Of a stretch of DNA of 64,000 nucleotides, positions 18,400 to 26,552 are shown one piece after another. This stretch comes from an uncultured Pseudomonadota bacterium (GTDB lineage: Bacteria; Pseudomonadota; Alphaproteobacteria; RF32; CAG-239): NCBI GenBank assembly GCA_949292335.1, contig CASEYY010000015.1:11981-75980 (forward strand), read 5' to 3'. The notes under the pieces are model-generated. The model worked only from the letters and a program-made list of their open reading frames with translations. It was not told where the DNA came from and did not search any database. The first letter of the stretch is position 1. Each line of letters begins with the position of its first letter. The translations under genes and the position numbers were made by a program.

Positions 18400-19087
18400 C
18401 CACTAAGACACGGTTTCCTTTATAAAAAGTAGCCATCGGAGCCGGCTTTGCTCGAGCAAAATTTCTGATTAGAGCCGAAGACACATCGGCAAAACGTCCT
18501 CTGAACATAGCACCGGCGGCCAAAGTATAATTCCTGTTAGAATTCCAGACCAATCTCCATCCTGATCTCTCGCACCAGTCGGAGAGTAAACCTTTCAAGG
18601 TGCTGCCTTCTTCGGCCAGCCAATCTTCTACGGCATCGTCTCCGCTGTTATAAGCACTGTCGGTCGAGTTTGCCGCAGCAACCTCGTCAACGGCCTCATT
18701 AACCGCTTCTTCATAGTCCATAACTTCTTCCTCTATCGTCGGAGGAATTGCAGCGGCCATATTGCTGCCGACACCGTTGGCCAAGATGTACTGATCGGTA
18801 ACTTCTCGTTCTCCGAATTCGCGATAATTAGCGTCGGTCATTCTATAATCGACGAAACGATCGCTAACGCGTTCTTCCATTGCCGGAACGATTGCGGGTG
18901 CGGGTTGAGTTCCGTCTTGAGTATAGATAACGACCTCTTCGACCTGAGTTTCGTCATCACTCCAAGGCAAGCTCCACAAAGTGTAGGTGTTGCTGCATCC
19001 GGTAAGAGCAAAGACGGCCAATACCGATAACAGACAATTCTTTTTTAAGTACATCTCAGCAATCCTTTGAATAGATTTTCCCATCAT
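18365..19087 (-). CDS. PilL-like lipoprotein with TcpQ-type C-terminal domain
   Basis: Lipobox ALTGCS and an acidic linker. The C-terminal LKGLLSDWCERSGWRLVWNSNRNYTLAAGAMFRGRFADVSSALIRNF resembles the PilL/TcpQ domain. Confidence 0.6.
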   Translation of the reverse strand: MMGKSIQRIAEMYLKKNCLLSVLAVFALTGCSNTYTLWSLPWSDDETQVEEVVIYTQDGTQPAPAIVPAMEERVSDRFVDYRMTDANYREFGEREVTDQYILANGVGSNMAAAIPPTIEEEVMDYEEAVNEAVDEVAAANSTDSAYNSGDDAVEDWLAEEGSTLKGLLSDWCERSGWRLVWNSNRNYTLAAGAMFRGRFADVSSALIRNFARAKPAPMATFYKGNRVLVVETREDENAYN

Positions 19088-19141
19088 ATTTTCCTTATCA
19101 TACTATTGAAAAATAAATAATCAAGCATCGTCAAACAGTTA

Positions 19142-20821
19142 TTACCATTGTATATACTGTTGCGAATTTCTCGTATTTGTTTTTCCGTTTATTCCTCCTC
19201 CGTTTTTGCTTTTTATGGTTCGCAAAACAAAACTATTTGGCTCGCGTGATGTAAACACGGTACTTATTTTTGAGTAGTCGAGCCCTTTATTGGTTAAAAT
19301 GTTGTACAAAAGGTTGAGTCTCTTTTGTTGCAGTGCTGTTGAGCTGGTTCCGTCAATTCTTATTTCCAGTGCCGCACTTGGCGTTTCGGCAATCTTTCCG
19401 GCAAAGGCCTGAACCCAACGCAAAGTTTGTCCGGAAATTTCGGCTTTGTTTGGTTGAAACGAAAGCCTTATTTCCGTAGGCATTATGGAAAGCCTTTTTG
19501 TTTGCTTCCCTTTTTGTGAGATGGAGCGCTTGATTTTGGCTTTTGCCAAAGCTCTTTCTCTAGCCTGATTTATTTCCTCTTCTGAGCTCTGTTTGCCGAA
19601 GACGGAATTTAGAGCTCGCAAAATTGTCGGTTTTTCCGAAGTTTGTTCGGCGGTTTCCTCCGGTGGCGAAACGGTCAGCGGAGTTTCTTCTTCCGAGGGA
19701 ATATCCTCGGAAGGAGGTGTCAGTGATTGCTCGATGTCATCATCCTCAATCGCCGACAGCAACGGCAAAGCATTTTTTTCTGATTCTTCTTTTATTTTCT
19801 TAATTTTTTCTTGTTTTTGGATTTTAGCTTCAATAATTTTTTCTTTTTTTGCGTCTTCCGATGCCGCCGGATAAGCAAGTTGAGGGGTTAGATTTTCATC
19901 TTTAATAATTTCTTCCGGTATTGGTATTATGAGGTTTTTTACCGTTTCGGCGGCTATTTTGACCCCATTGTTTTTCAACTCCGGATTAAGGTGCTTTTTA
20001 ATCTCGTCATTTGCAACTTTGGCATTTAGCCTGTTTTTTGATTTTCCGCCGATTTGTGCAATCTCCCAAGGTGAATCTTTCAAAGGTTTCCACTCTTTTT
20101 GTTCGTCACCGCTTGCAGAAGTGGTTTGCGAAGACTTTGCTAGCTCTTTTTCCATGCTTTCTATGGGAATATCTTTTTCGCTCAAAGCTACATGGTTAAG
20201 CAGTTTAGGGTCGCCGATTTTCACCTGTCGTTCATTTGAGGGGGCAGGAATATCGTTTTTACCGGCGAGAGGTATCGTAATGTCATCATAAACCACCGGA
20301 TTTGCAGGAGTTTTCGCCGCTAATGGTTTACTATCTTTACTGCCGTTATATATTTCGGCGGCGGCAATTTGAGAGATACTATTATTTTTAGTTTTTGTAT
20401 TTTGCGGAGAATATATTTTCTCGGCCTTAATTACCGGTTCCGGCAACGGCTTTTCCGGAGAGTATAATACATCGGCCAGCACCAAAGGCTCCGCCTGTTC
20501 TTTAGTTTCTGTAGGCTTTTCCTCATAAACAATTTCCAACGGAAAATCAAAATGTTCCAAATTGTCAGCCAGTATCACCTCGTGTGAGTTATCATCTGAG
20601 GGGTTTTTGGTGATTTCCGGTAACACATTAAGAGCAATTTTTTTCACGGGATAAGAAGTTGCCGATGTATCTTTCAAAAAAAGAACGATATTTTTATCTT
20701 TAATGTTAAGGGGTTGGATTTCAATAGGTTTTTCATACCAAAAGGCTCTGTTTGCCGTCATAATGGCAAGCAGAGATACCGAAAAACTGCAAGCAAAAGC
20801 TTTAAGAACTGTTTTTGGCAT
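19142..20821 (-). CDS. Large K/E/P-rich membrane-anchored protein, first gene of the pilus operon; weak OmpA/MotB-like C-terminus
   Basis: Start taken at MPKTVLKAF (ATG 20819-20821, with GAGGGG upstream). N-terminal hydrophobic anchor, a long low-complexity middle, and C-terminal LSFQPNKAEISGQTLRWVQAFAGKI...LEIRIDGTSS...RLNLLYNILTNKGLDYSKI, which has the OmpA_C-like pattern. Confidence 0.45.
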   Translation of the reverse strand: MPKTVLKAFACSFSVSLLAIMTANRAFWYEKPIEIQPLNIKDKNIVLFLKDTSATSYPVKKIALNVLPEITKNPSDDNSHEVILADNLEHFDFPLEIVYEEKPTETKEQAEPLVLADVLYSPEKPLPEPVIKAEKIYSPQNTKTKNNSISQIAAAEIYNGSKDSKPLAAKTPANPVVYDDITIPLAGKNDIPAPSNERQVKIGDPKLLNHVALSEKDIPIESMEKELAKSSQTTSASGDEQKEWKPLKDSPWEIAQIGGKSKNRLNAKVANDEIKKHLNPELKNNGVKIAAETVKNLIIPIPEEIIKDENLTPQLAYPAASEDAKKEKIIEAKIQKQEKIKKIKEESEKNALPLLSAIEDDDIEQSLTPPSEDIPSEEETPLTVSPPEETAEQTSEKPTILRALNSVFGKQSSEEEINQARERALAKAKIKRSISQKGKQTKRLSIMPTEIRLSFQPNKAEISGQTLRWVQAFAGKIAETPSAALEIRIDGTSSTALQQKRLNLLYNILTNKGLDYSKISTVFTSREPNSFVLRTIKSKNGGGINGKTNTRNSQQYIQW

Positions 20822-20842
20822 ACGACAAACCCCTCTAAAGTC

Positions 20843-20871
20843 TAGATAAATCAAAATGCGACTCTTGGCAA
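20843..20871 (-). promoter_or_regulatory. Candidate sigma70 promoter of the pilus operon
   Basis: The minus strand reads TTGCCA-17 nt-TATCTA, about 20 nt upstream of the ATG at 20821. Confidence 0.3.
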
Positions 20872-20928
20872 GAGCGGCAAAAAAAAATCCACAAATTTTT
20901 AGAAAAAAGTAAAAAATTTTGTTGAAAT

Positions 20929-20978
20929 AAAAAAATCAAAAAATTGTAACACTTTTTAAGTAATTTATGTGTTATAAT
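20929..20978 (+). promoter_or_regulatory. Conserved 50-nt promoter/operator block (copy 1) upstream of the VirB6-like gene
   Basis: Extended -10 TGTTATAAT (20970-20978) overlaps an inverted repeat TAACAC-N16-GTGTTA. The block matches 63498-63547 at 46 of 50 positions (manual alignment). Confidence 0.45.
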
Positions 20979-21022
20979 TTTTTTATTGAAGCGAAATTGT
21001 CTCAAATTTTTGGCAAAAAGCG

Positions 21023-23065
21023 ATGAAAAAGAGCAGACAGAACATACTAAACAAAGCCTCAGCGGTATTGTTTTTTAGCATAGCAATACCGGCGATTGCG
21101 TCTGCTCAAATTCTTGAAGCCCAGTCTGCAGCTGAATTTGCTGAGAGTCTCGGAGGGGAAGGTGCGAGAATAAGTAAATTGCTTAACAAGCAAGCAAGTG
21201 AAGAAAGCGGAATTATATGCGGAAGCTTAAAAACTATTTGTGACCGAGAGACGGAATATTGCTTAAAATGTTCATATTCATATGAGATGACGGGTGATTC
21301 ATACGAGACTGGCACCACGGTGCTTGGTGTTTGCGTTTCTAAAAATAGTGTGAATTTAAACGATTTGAAATCAAGTTTTCCAGGTGGTTGCGGAAAAACA
21401 GAAAAAAAAGGTTTAGATGCAATTCTTAGCTTTCAGAATAAGCAATCTGAAGGAGAGGTGACAATAGAAACCGCAGATTGGATTGATCACGGAGAACACG
21501 AACAATTTGGTTATAAAAGTAAAAACAGAGAACCTTTTAAAGCCGCAGATGGGAAGAGCTACACACTCCTTTTGTCATCGAATAACCCATCAATAGCATA
21601 TGGTGAAAACAGTGAAAACTCATCTACATCTTTCACGGGTTGTGAAGTTCTGCCGATTAAGCTTTACAATATGCAAAACTGCTTTTTCTGTCCTTTGGCG
21701 GCGGTTGTTTTCGGAGCTTCAAATAACATCACGGTAAAAGCGTTTTCGATTTTTGCCAAGCCGTTTGCTGTAATAGTCGGTATCCTTTTTGCTTTATGGT
21801 TAGCACTGTTGGCTCTTAAGCAGGTGTTTTCCATGACCAAACAAGATGCTCCGAAATTCCTGACGACTATCCTCAAACAAGGATTTAAGGTCGCTTTGGC
21901 AATTTTGCTTCTTACGCATTCGGCAGATTTGTTTCGCTATTTCATAATTCCGGTTTTAGACGGCGGACTGCAAATGGGAACACAGATACTTACCGTTAAG
22001 CTTCCGGCGAGGAATGGAAATGAAGAAGCGGCTTCCACAAGCACCACTGACAGAAGCTATTTTAATATGCCGATAGCAAGAAATGCTGCCGGCGAGGACA
22101 TAACACTTTATAGCAAACTGGAAACATATTTGCGTTCCATCCAATATCAGTTGTCATATATGCAGGCCATCGGTACATCTTTATTTTGCGTCGGCGGGCA
22201 CGAAATATTCACAACCAATAAAGACGATTTCATGGCCGGTTTGGGAATGATGGGACTGGGCACGATTTTTGTAGTTTTTGGTTTTCTGCTGACCATAACA
22301 TTTGCATTCTATTTTCTGGATGCATTATTGCAGCTTTCGGTAATTGGGGCGATGATGCCGCTGATGATTGCCGGTTGGCCGTTCAGAGCCACTGCTCAAT
22401 ATGCCTCCACCGGATTTAAATTATTGCTCAATACTTTCTTTGTGATGTTTTTCACCGGTTTTGTCATCAGTGTTAATATTGAGCTGATTAACCAATCAAT
22501 GTCTTATTCACAGGTTGCGAATCAGGCAAATACCAACCAAGTTCAGATGGTGAATAACGATAATTTTAACAAAATAGCTCTGGCCATTAACGAACAAAAT
22601 ATTGATAATCTCAAAAAGGCAACCGACATCGGAGGGGTGGGATTTTTATTAATAATTTTCTCTTGTTTGTTTGGCTATAAATTTGTAGCCCAAGTTAATC
22701 CGTTAGCTGCCAAGTTGGCAGACGGCGGAGTATTTGCCGGTATGACAGGCAAGATAGGCTCCATGGCGGCATCAACCATCAAAGGAGCTGCCGGCAAGGT
22801 AGCCCAGCCTTTTGGAGCGGCATTTACCGCTGCTACAGGCGGAGTAGCAGGTATAGCAGCCGGAGCTGCCGGAGCAATAACCTCTACTGCCGGAAGCTTA
22901 GTCTCTACGGTAGGTAAGGGTGTTTCCAAGGCCGGAAATAAGATTGGCGGCAATGTCGGCAAGGCGGTCTCCGGTGTTGGAAAAGCTGTTTCCGGAACCG
23001 GTAAGGCTGTTTCTGCGGTCGGTGGTGTCGGCAAAAAAGTACAAGATATTTACCGCCGCAAGTAA
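21023..23065 (+). CDS. virB6: VirB6/TrbL-like polytopic membrane protein with Cys-rich N-domain and Gly/Ala/Lys repeat tail
   Basis: Signal peptide, a ~200-aa Cys-rich domain, at least 5 TM segments including ...FYFLDALLQLSVIGAMMPLMIAGWPF..., and a C-terminal (GKAVSG)-like repeat tail. Confidence 0.55.
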   Translation: MKKSRQNILNKASAVLFFSIAIPAIASAQILEAQSAAEFAESLGGEGARISKLLNKQASEESGIICGSLKTICDRETEYCLKCSYSYEMTGDSYETGTTVLGVCVSKNSVNLNDLKSSFPGGCGKTEKKGLDAILSFQNKQSEGEVTIETADWIDHGEHEQFGYKSKNREPFKAADGKSYTLLLSSNNPSIAYGENSENSSTSFTGCEVLPIKLYNMQNCFFCPLAAVVFGASNNITVKAFSIFAKPFAVIVGILFALWLALLALKQVFSMTKQDAPKFLTTILKQGFKVALAILLLTHSADLFRYFIIPVLDGGLQMGTQILTVKLPARNGNEEAASTSTTDRSYFNMPIARNAAGEDITLYSKLETYLRSIQYQLSYMQAIGTSLFCVGGHEIFTTNKDDFMAGLGMMGLGTIFVVFGFLLTITFAFYFLDALLQLSVIGAMMPLMIAGWPFRATAQYASTGFKLLLNTFFVMFFTGFVISVNIELINQSMSYSQVANQANTNQVQMVNNDNFNKIALAINEQNIDNLKKATDIGGVGFLLIIFSCLFGYKFVAQVNPLAAKLADGGVFAGMTGKIGSMAASTIKGAAGKVAQPFGAAFTAATGGVAGIAAGAAGAITSTAGSLVSTVGKGVSKAGNKIGGNVGKAVSGVGKAVSGTGKAVSAVGGVGKKVQDIYRRK

Positions 23066-23952
23066 TTTTTAGCCAACGGATGTTTGCTTTTTACTTCCTC
23101 AATCAATTTTTCGGTTATTATATGGGTATAAATTTCGGTTGTGGTAATATCTTTATGTCCCAGCATCATTTGCACCGAACGCAAATCGACATTACTGTTT
23201 AATAAATGCGTGGCAAAAGAATGTCTCAACACATGAGGTGACACCTTTTCTGGTGAGATTCCGGCCAAGACGGCGAGATTTTTAATTGCTTTAAAGAAGG
23301 CATCACGGGTCAGATGTCCTTCTTTGGATTTAGAAGGAAACAAAAAAGGCTTTTCTGTCCCTTTTAATAATCTTTTTCTGATTTCAAAATATTGCAATAT
23401 TTCCTTTAGGACGACATCGGCTACCGGAATTAGTCTCTCTTTGGAGCCTTTGCCTTTGACCAAAATTTGTTTTTTATCAAAATTTATGCAATTAAGGGGC
23501 AGTGAGACCAGTTCCGAAACTCGCAAGCCGCAGACATACATTAACTTGAGCATAACGGCGGTTCTTTTATGCACATCATCCGGGTTATGCTCGGCGGCTT
23601 CAAGCAAGAGATTAATTTCGTCTTTAGTCAAAAACTTAGGTAAGCTGCGATTTTTTTTGGGAGCCGAGATATTGAGCATCGGGTTTTTGGCAATTTCGTT
23701 TTCGGACAATAGAAACTTGCAGAAATCGTTCAAAGCGGAAATTTTTCTGGCAATAGAACGAGCGGCATAACCTTGTGACTTAAGAAAGGCGATTAATTCT
23801 TTAATATCTTTCTCGTCGATTTTGTGATAATCTTTGTTGCAAGAGATAAAGAACTGTTCCAAATCTCTTTCATAAGAGCGTAAAGTATTTTCGGCCAAAC
23901 CATGTTCGGCGGCCATCATATCCAAAAAATCGGCAATAATATCGCGGTTCAT
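23050..23952 (-). CDS. xerD: Tyrosine recombinase XerD
   Basis: N-terminal FLDMMAAEHGLAENTLRSYERDL (XerD-type SAM-like domain). Catalytic region GLRVSEL...HVLRHSFATHLL...LGHKDITTTEIYTH. Confidence 0.85.
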   Translation of the reverse strand: MNRDIIADFLDMMAAEHGLAENTLRSYERDLEQFFISCNKDYHKIDEKDIKELIAFLKSQGYAARSIARKISALNDFCKFLLSENEIAKNPMLNISAPKKNRSLPKFLTKDEINLLLEAAEHNPDDVHKRTAVMLKLMYVCGLRVSELVSLPLNCINFDKKQILVKGKGSKERLIPVADVVLKEILQYFEIRKRLLKGTEKPFLFPSKSKEGHLTRDAFFKAIKNLAVLAGISPEKVSPHVLRHSFATHLLNSNVDLRSVQMMLGHKDITTTEIYTHIITEKLIEEVKSKHPLAKNYLRR

Positions 23953-23958
23953 TTAAGC

Positions 23959-24084
23959 CTATTTCAAAACTTCTTCTACATGTTCCTGATTCAAGGGGAC
24001 TTCGTGAACCAAAGCTACTCCGGCGGCGATAATGATTGCAACGGCAATTACATAATACAAGGTATATGACTTTTCTCTACGCAT
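23959..24084 (-). CDS. Small single-TM protein (41 aa), unannotated
   Basis: Hand translation gives MRREKSYTLYYVIAVAIIIAAGVALVHEVPLNQEHVEEVLK*. A strong SD (TAAGGAG) lies 7 nt upstream, and the ORF ends 6 nt before the xerD start. Confidence 0.35.
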   Translation of the reverse strand: MRREKSYTLYYVIAVAIIIAAGVALVHEVPLNQEHVEEVLK

Positions 24085-24169
24085 AAAGAACTCCTTAACA
24101 AAAAAGATGTTGCGAAAAAAATATGTTATTTATATATTTAGCAAAATAATTTTGAAAGATAAACGAAAA

Positions 24170-24712
24170 ATGAATATACAAACAGATAAAATAATATTGC
24201 TGGTCGGATTGATGGGCAGCGGCAAGACCTCGGTCGGCAAAAGGTTGGCACAACGGCTTGCTTTACCGTTTATCGACGGAGACATGGAAATAGAAAAAGC
24301 GGCAGGGCTTAGCCTGGTTGATGTGCTAAAGTGTTTTGGAGCCGAGGAGTATAGAGCCGGCGAAGCCAGAGTAATGAAAAGGTTATTGTCCGGAGGCAGT
24401 TGTGTTTTGGCTTCCGGAGGAGGTTCGTTTGTCTGCGAGCAAACTCGCAGATTAGCCAAAGAGAGGGCAATAACCGTTTGGCTCAAAGCCGATGTTGATG
24501 TGTTGTGCAACCGCACGGCCGGACGCCAACATCGTCCTTTTCTAAATGGCGATGATGAGAAATTGCGAGATAAGATAAGCAACTACATTAATGAAGAATA
24601 TCCATATTACTCGCAAGCCGACATAGTTGTCGAGAGCAAGGACGAAAAGATAAACGACACGGTATTAAGGGTATTAGCGGCCATAGATAGCTATTTACAG
24701 CAAATCCAATAG
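24170..24712 (+). CDS. aroK: Shikimate kinase
   Basis: P-loop LVGLMGSGKTSVGKRLA. Size is ~180 aa from the internal ATG at 24170; the track ORF starts upstream at 24107. Confidence 0.85.
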   Translation: MNIQTDKIILLVGLMGSGKTSVGKRLAQRLALPFIDGDMEIEKAAGLSLVDVLKCFGAEEYRAGEARVMKRLLSGGSCVLASGGGSFVCEQTRRLAKERAITVWLKADVDVLCNRTAGRQHRPFLNGDDEKLRDKISNYINEEYPYYSQADIVVESKDEKINDTVLRVLAAIDSYLQQIQ

Positions 24713-25378
24713 CTTTTCCACCATATCAACCGATTTTTTGGGCGCATCATTCCAGAAATCAAGATATTGCTGGTTATGATTTTCGATTCCCGGTGTATCG
24801 CTGATAATTCGCATTGATAAAAACGGTTTGTTATAAATAAAGCAAGTTTGTGCTATTGCGGCCGATTCCATATCCACGGCAACGGCTTCGGGGAAATTTG
24901 CTTTTATTTTTCTAAGTTCATCAATATCAGAAATAAATTGATCACCCGACACAATATCGGCACAAACAATTTTTACATCAGACTTTATGGATTCAAACAG
25001 CTTAACCAATTTTTCGTCGGAGGCAAATTTAGCCGGCAGACCTTGTACCTGTCCTTTTTCATTACCTGTTCCGCACCAAACATCGTGGTAAGCAATATTT
25101 TTGGCTGCGACAATATCCATAACTCCGATTACTTTATCGATTCCTCCGGCAACACCAAGGTTGATAATACAATCGGGATTAAAGTTTTTTATCATTTCTA
25201 TGCAGGCTATTGCCGCACATACTTTCCCTATACCGCTTTGTACCAAATAAATTTGGTGACTGCCGAGATTACCGCAGTAAAACTCCAGGTGATTAACATT
25301 TGTTTTTTTGCAATTCACCAATTTATCGGCAAAAAGCTTTAGTTCTTTTTGCATGGCAACAATAAGGCCTATTTTCAT
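24695..25378 (-). CDS. mtnN: 5'-methylthioadenosine/S-adenosylhomocysteine nucleosidase
   Basis: MKIGLIVAMQKE..., SGDQFI and VDMESAAIAQ motifs; 227 aa. Confidence 0.85.
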   Translation of the reverse strand: MKIGLIVAMQKELKLFADKLVNCKKTNVNHLEFYCGNLGSHQIYLVQSGIGKVCAAIACIEMIKNFNPDCIINLGVAGGIDKVIGVMDIVAAKNIAYHDVWCGTGNEKGQVQGLPAKFASDEKLVKLFESIKSDVKIVCADIVSGDQFISDIDELRKIKANFPEAVAVDMESAAIAQTCFIYNKPFLSMRIISDTPGIENHNQQYLDFWNDAPKKSVDMVEKLLDLL

Positions 25379-25393
25379 CAGATTTTCCTTTAT

Positions 25394-25915
25394 TTAATAT
25401 TTAAGTACAGAAATGACGGGAGCATATTTTTCAACTTTTTTAGAGCCGTTCAAGTCAGTAAGCTCAATCAAGAATGCCGTTGCAACAATATTTCCCTCAA
25501 GTCGATTTACCAATTTACAAGCAGCCTCGACCGTACCGCCGGTGGCTAAAAGATCGTCAATAATCAGGATACTTTCTCCTTTTTCAATGGAGTCAGTATG
25601 AATTTCAAGTTGTGCCTGACCATATTCCAAATCATAACTTTCGCTTATGGTTTGAGCGGGTAGTTTCCCCGGTTTTCTCATCAAGATCAATCCGCAGCCA
25701 AGTTTATAGGCCAAAGGAGCGCCAAAGATATATCCTCGAGATTCAATAGCGGCAATTTTATCGATTTTTTTATCTTTGAACAGGTTGTAAAACTCATCAA
25801 TAATAGCCTTGAAACAAGCCGGATCTTTGATCGCTGTGGTAATATCCTTAAACAGAATACCTTTTTTAGGAAAATCAGGTACATCGCGAATAAATTGTTT
25901 AATAAAATCAGACAT
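25394..25915 (-). CDS. apt: Adenine phosphoribosyltransferase
   Basis: PRPP-binding loop ILIIDDLLATGGT and an N-terminal FPKKGILFKDIT motif. Confidence 0.9.
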   Translation of the reverse strand: MSDFIKQFIRDVPDFPKKGILFKDITTAIKDPACFKAIIDEFYNLFKDKKIDKIAAIESRGYIFGAPLAYKLGCGLILMRKPGKLPAQTISESYDLEYGQAQLEIHTDSIEKGESILIIDDLLATGGTVEAACKLVNRLEGNIVATAFLIELTDLNGSKKVEKYAPVISVLKY

Positions 25916-25930
25916 AATCGGTTCTTTCTG

Positions 25931-26410
25931 TTATTTAGGGTAAATAAGGTTTTCATCAGTTGCAACAAGAAGTGTTTCATTTAGGTAGCGGTTAGCCAGG
26001 AACTTGGCCATTGGCAAGTTCATATCCAAATAATTTCCGCAATCTTTGGCGGCAGCTCCCGGTACTTCGCCCTCAAAATCGCGAATAAAAGCAAACATTT
26101 CAATAACCAAGGGTAGTATTTGCCTAGAAGAGTATTCCCCGCTTATGAGCATATAAAATCCGGTGCGGCATCCCATAGGGCCGAAATATACGGTCTTTTT
26201 TGCAAATTCGGGATGATTTCGTAAAAAAGTAGCTCCTAGGTGCTCAATAGTATGAATTTCTGCGGTGTTCATTACCGGTTCAAAATTAGGTTTGGTCATT
26301 CTTAAATCAAAAGATGTGATTGTTTGTCCCTCAAAATTATCGATTCTTGAAACATAGACCCCGCGGTTTAGGCGCAGATGATCAACGGTAAAGCTGGCAA
26401 TTTTTTCCAT
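25931..26410 (-). CDS. luxS: S-ribosylhomocysteine lyase
   Basis: Metal-binding HTIEHL plus GPMGCRTGFY and a C-terminal CGNY motif; 159 aa. Confidence 0.9.
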   Translation of the reverse strand: MEKIASFTVDHLRLNRGVYVSRIDNFEGQTITSFDLRMTKPNFEPVMNTAEIHTIEHLGATFLRNHPEFAKKTVYFGPMGCRTGFYMLISGEYSSRQILPLVIEMFAFIRDFEGEVPGAAAKDCGNYLDMNLPMAKFLANRYLNETLLVATDENLIYPK

Positions 26411-26552
26411 AGAAACCTCTTTTCATAACAATTAATCTGAGGCGATTATATATAAAGTGCAAAAATAGACAACAACGGATTTAAAAAAACACCAAAAATT
26501 AACAATTAGCGATTATAACAAGCAATATATATGTGTATAAGGAGGAGTATTT

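Noticed and set aside
22675-23034. Antisense or alternate-frame ORFs in low-complexity regions. Examples: 22675-23034, 31605-32201, 42743-43195, 54241-54486, 54279-54509, 58383-58811, 60051-60298 and 60081-60377
   Set aside because: They lie entirely inside longer, motif-supported genes and translate to repetitive P/A/L/R-rich strings. These are mirror images of Gly/Ala, coiled-coil or tandem-repeat coding sequence. None has a plausible RBS.
23050-23952. Tyrosine recombinase as a mobile-element integrase
   Set aside because: The sequence has the full XerD-type N-terminal domain and catalytic motifs and is of typical length. Its neighbours are housekeeping genes, so it is most simply the chromosomal dimer-resolution XerD.
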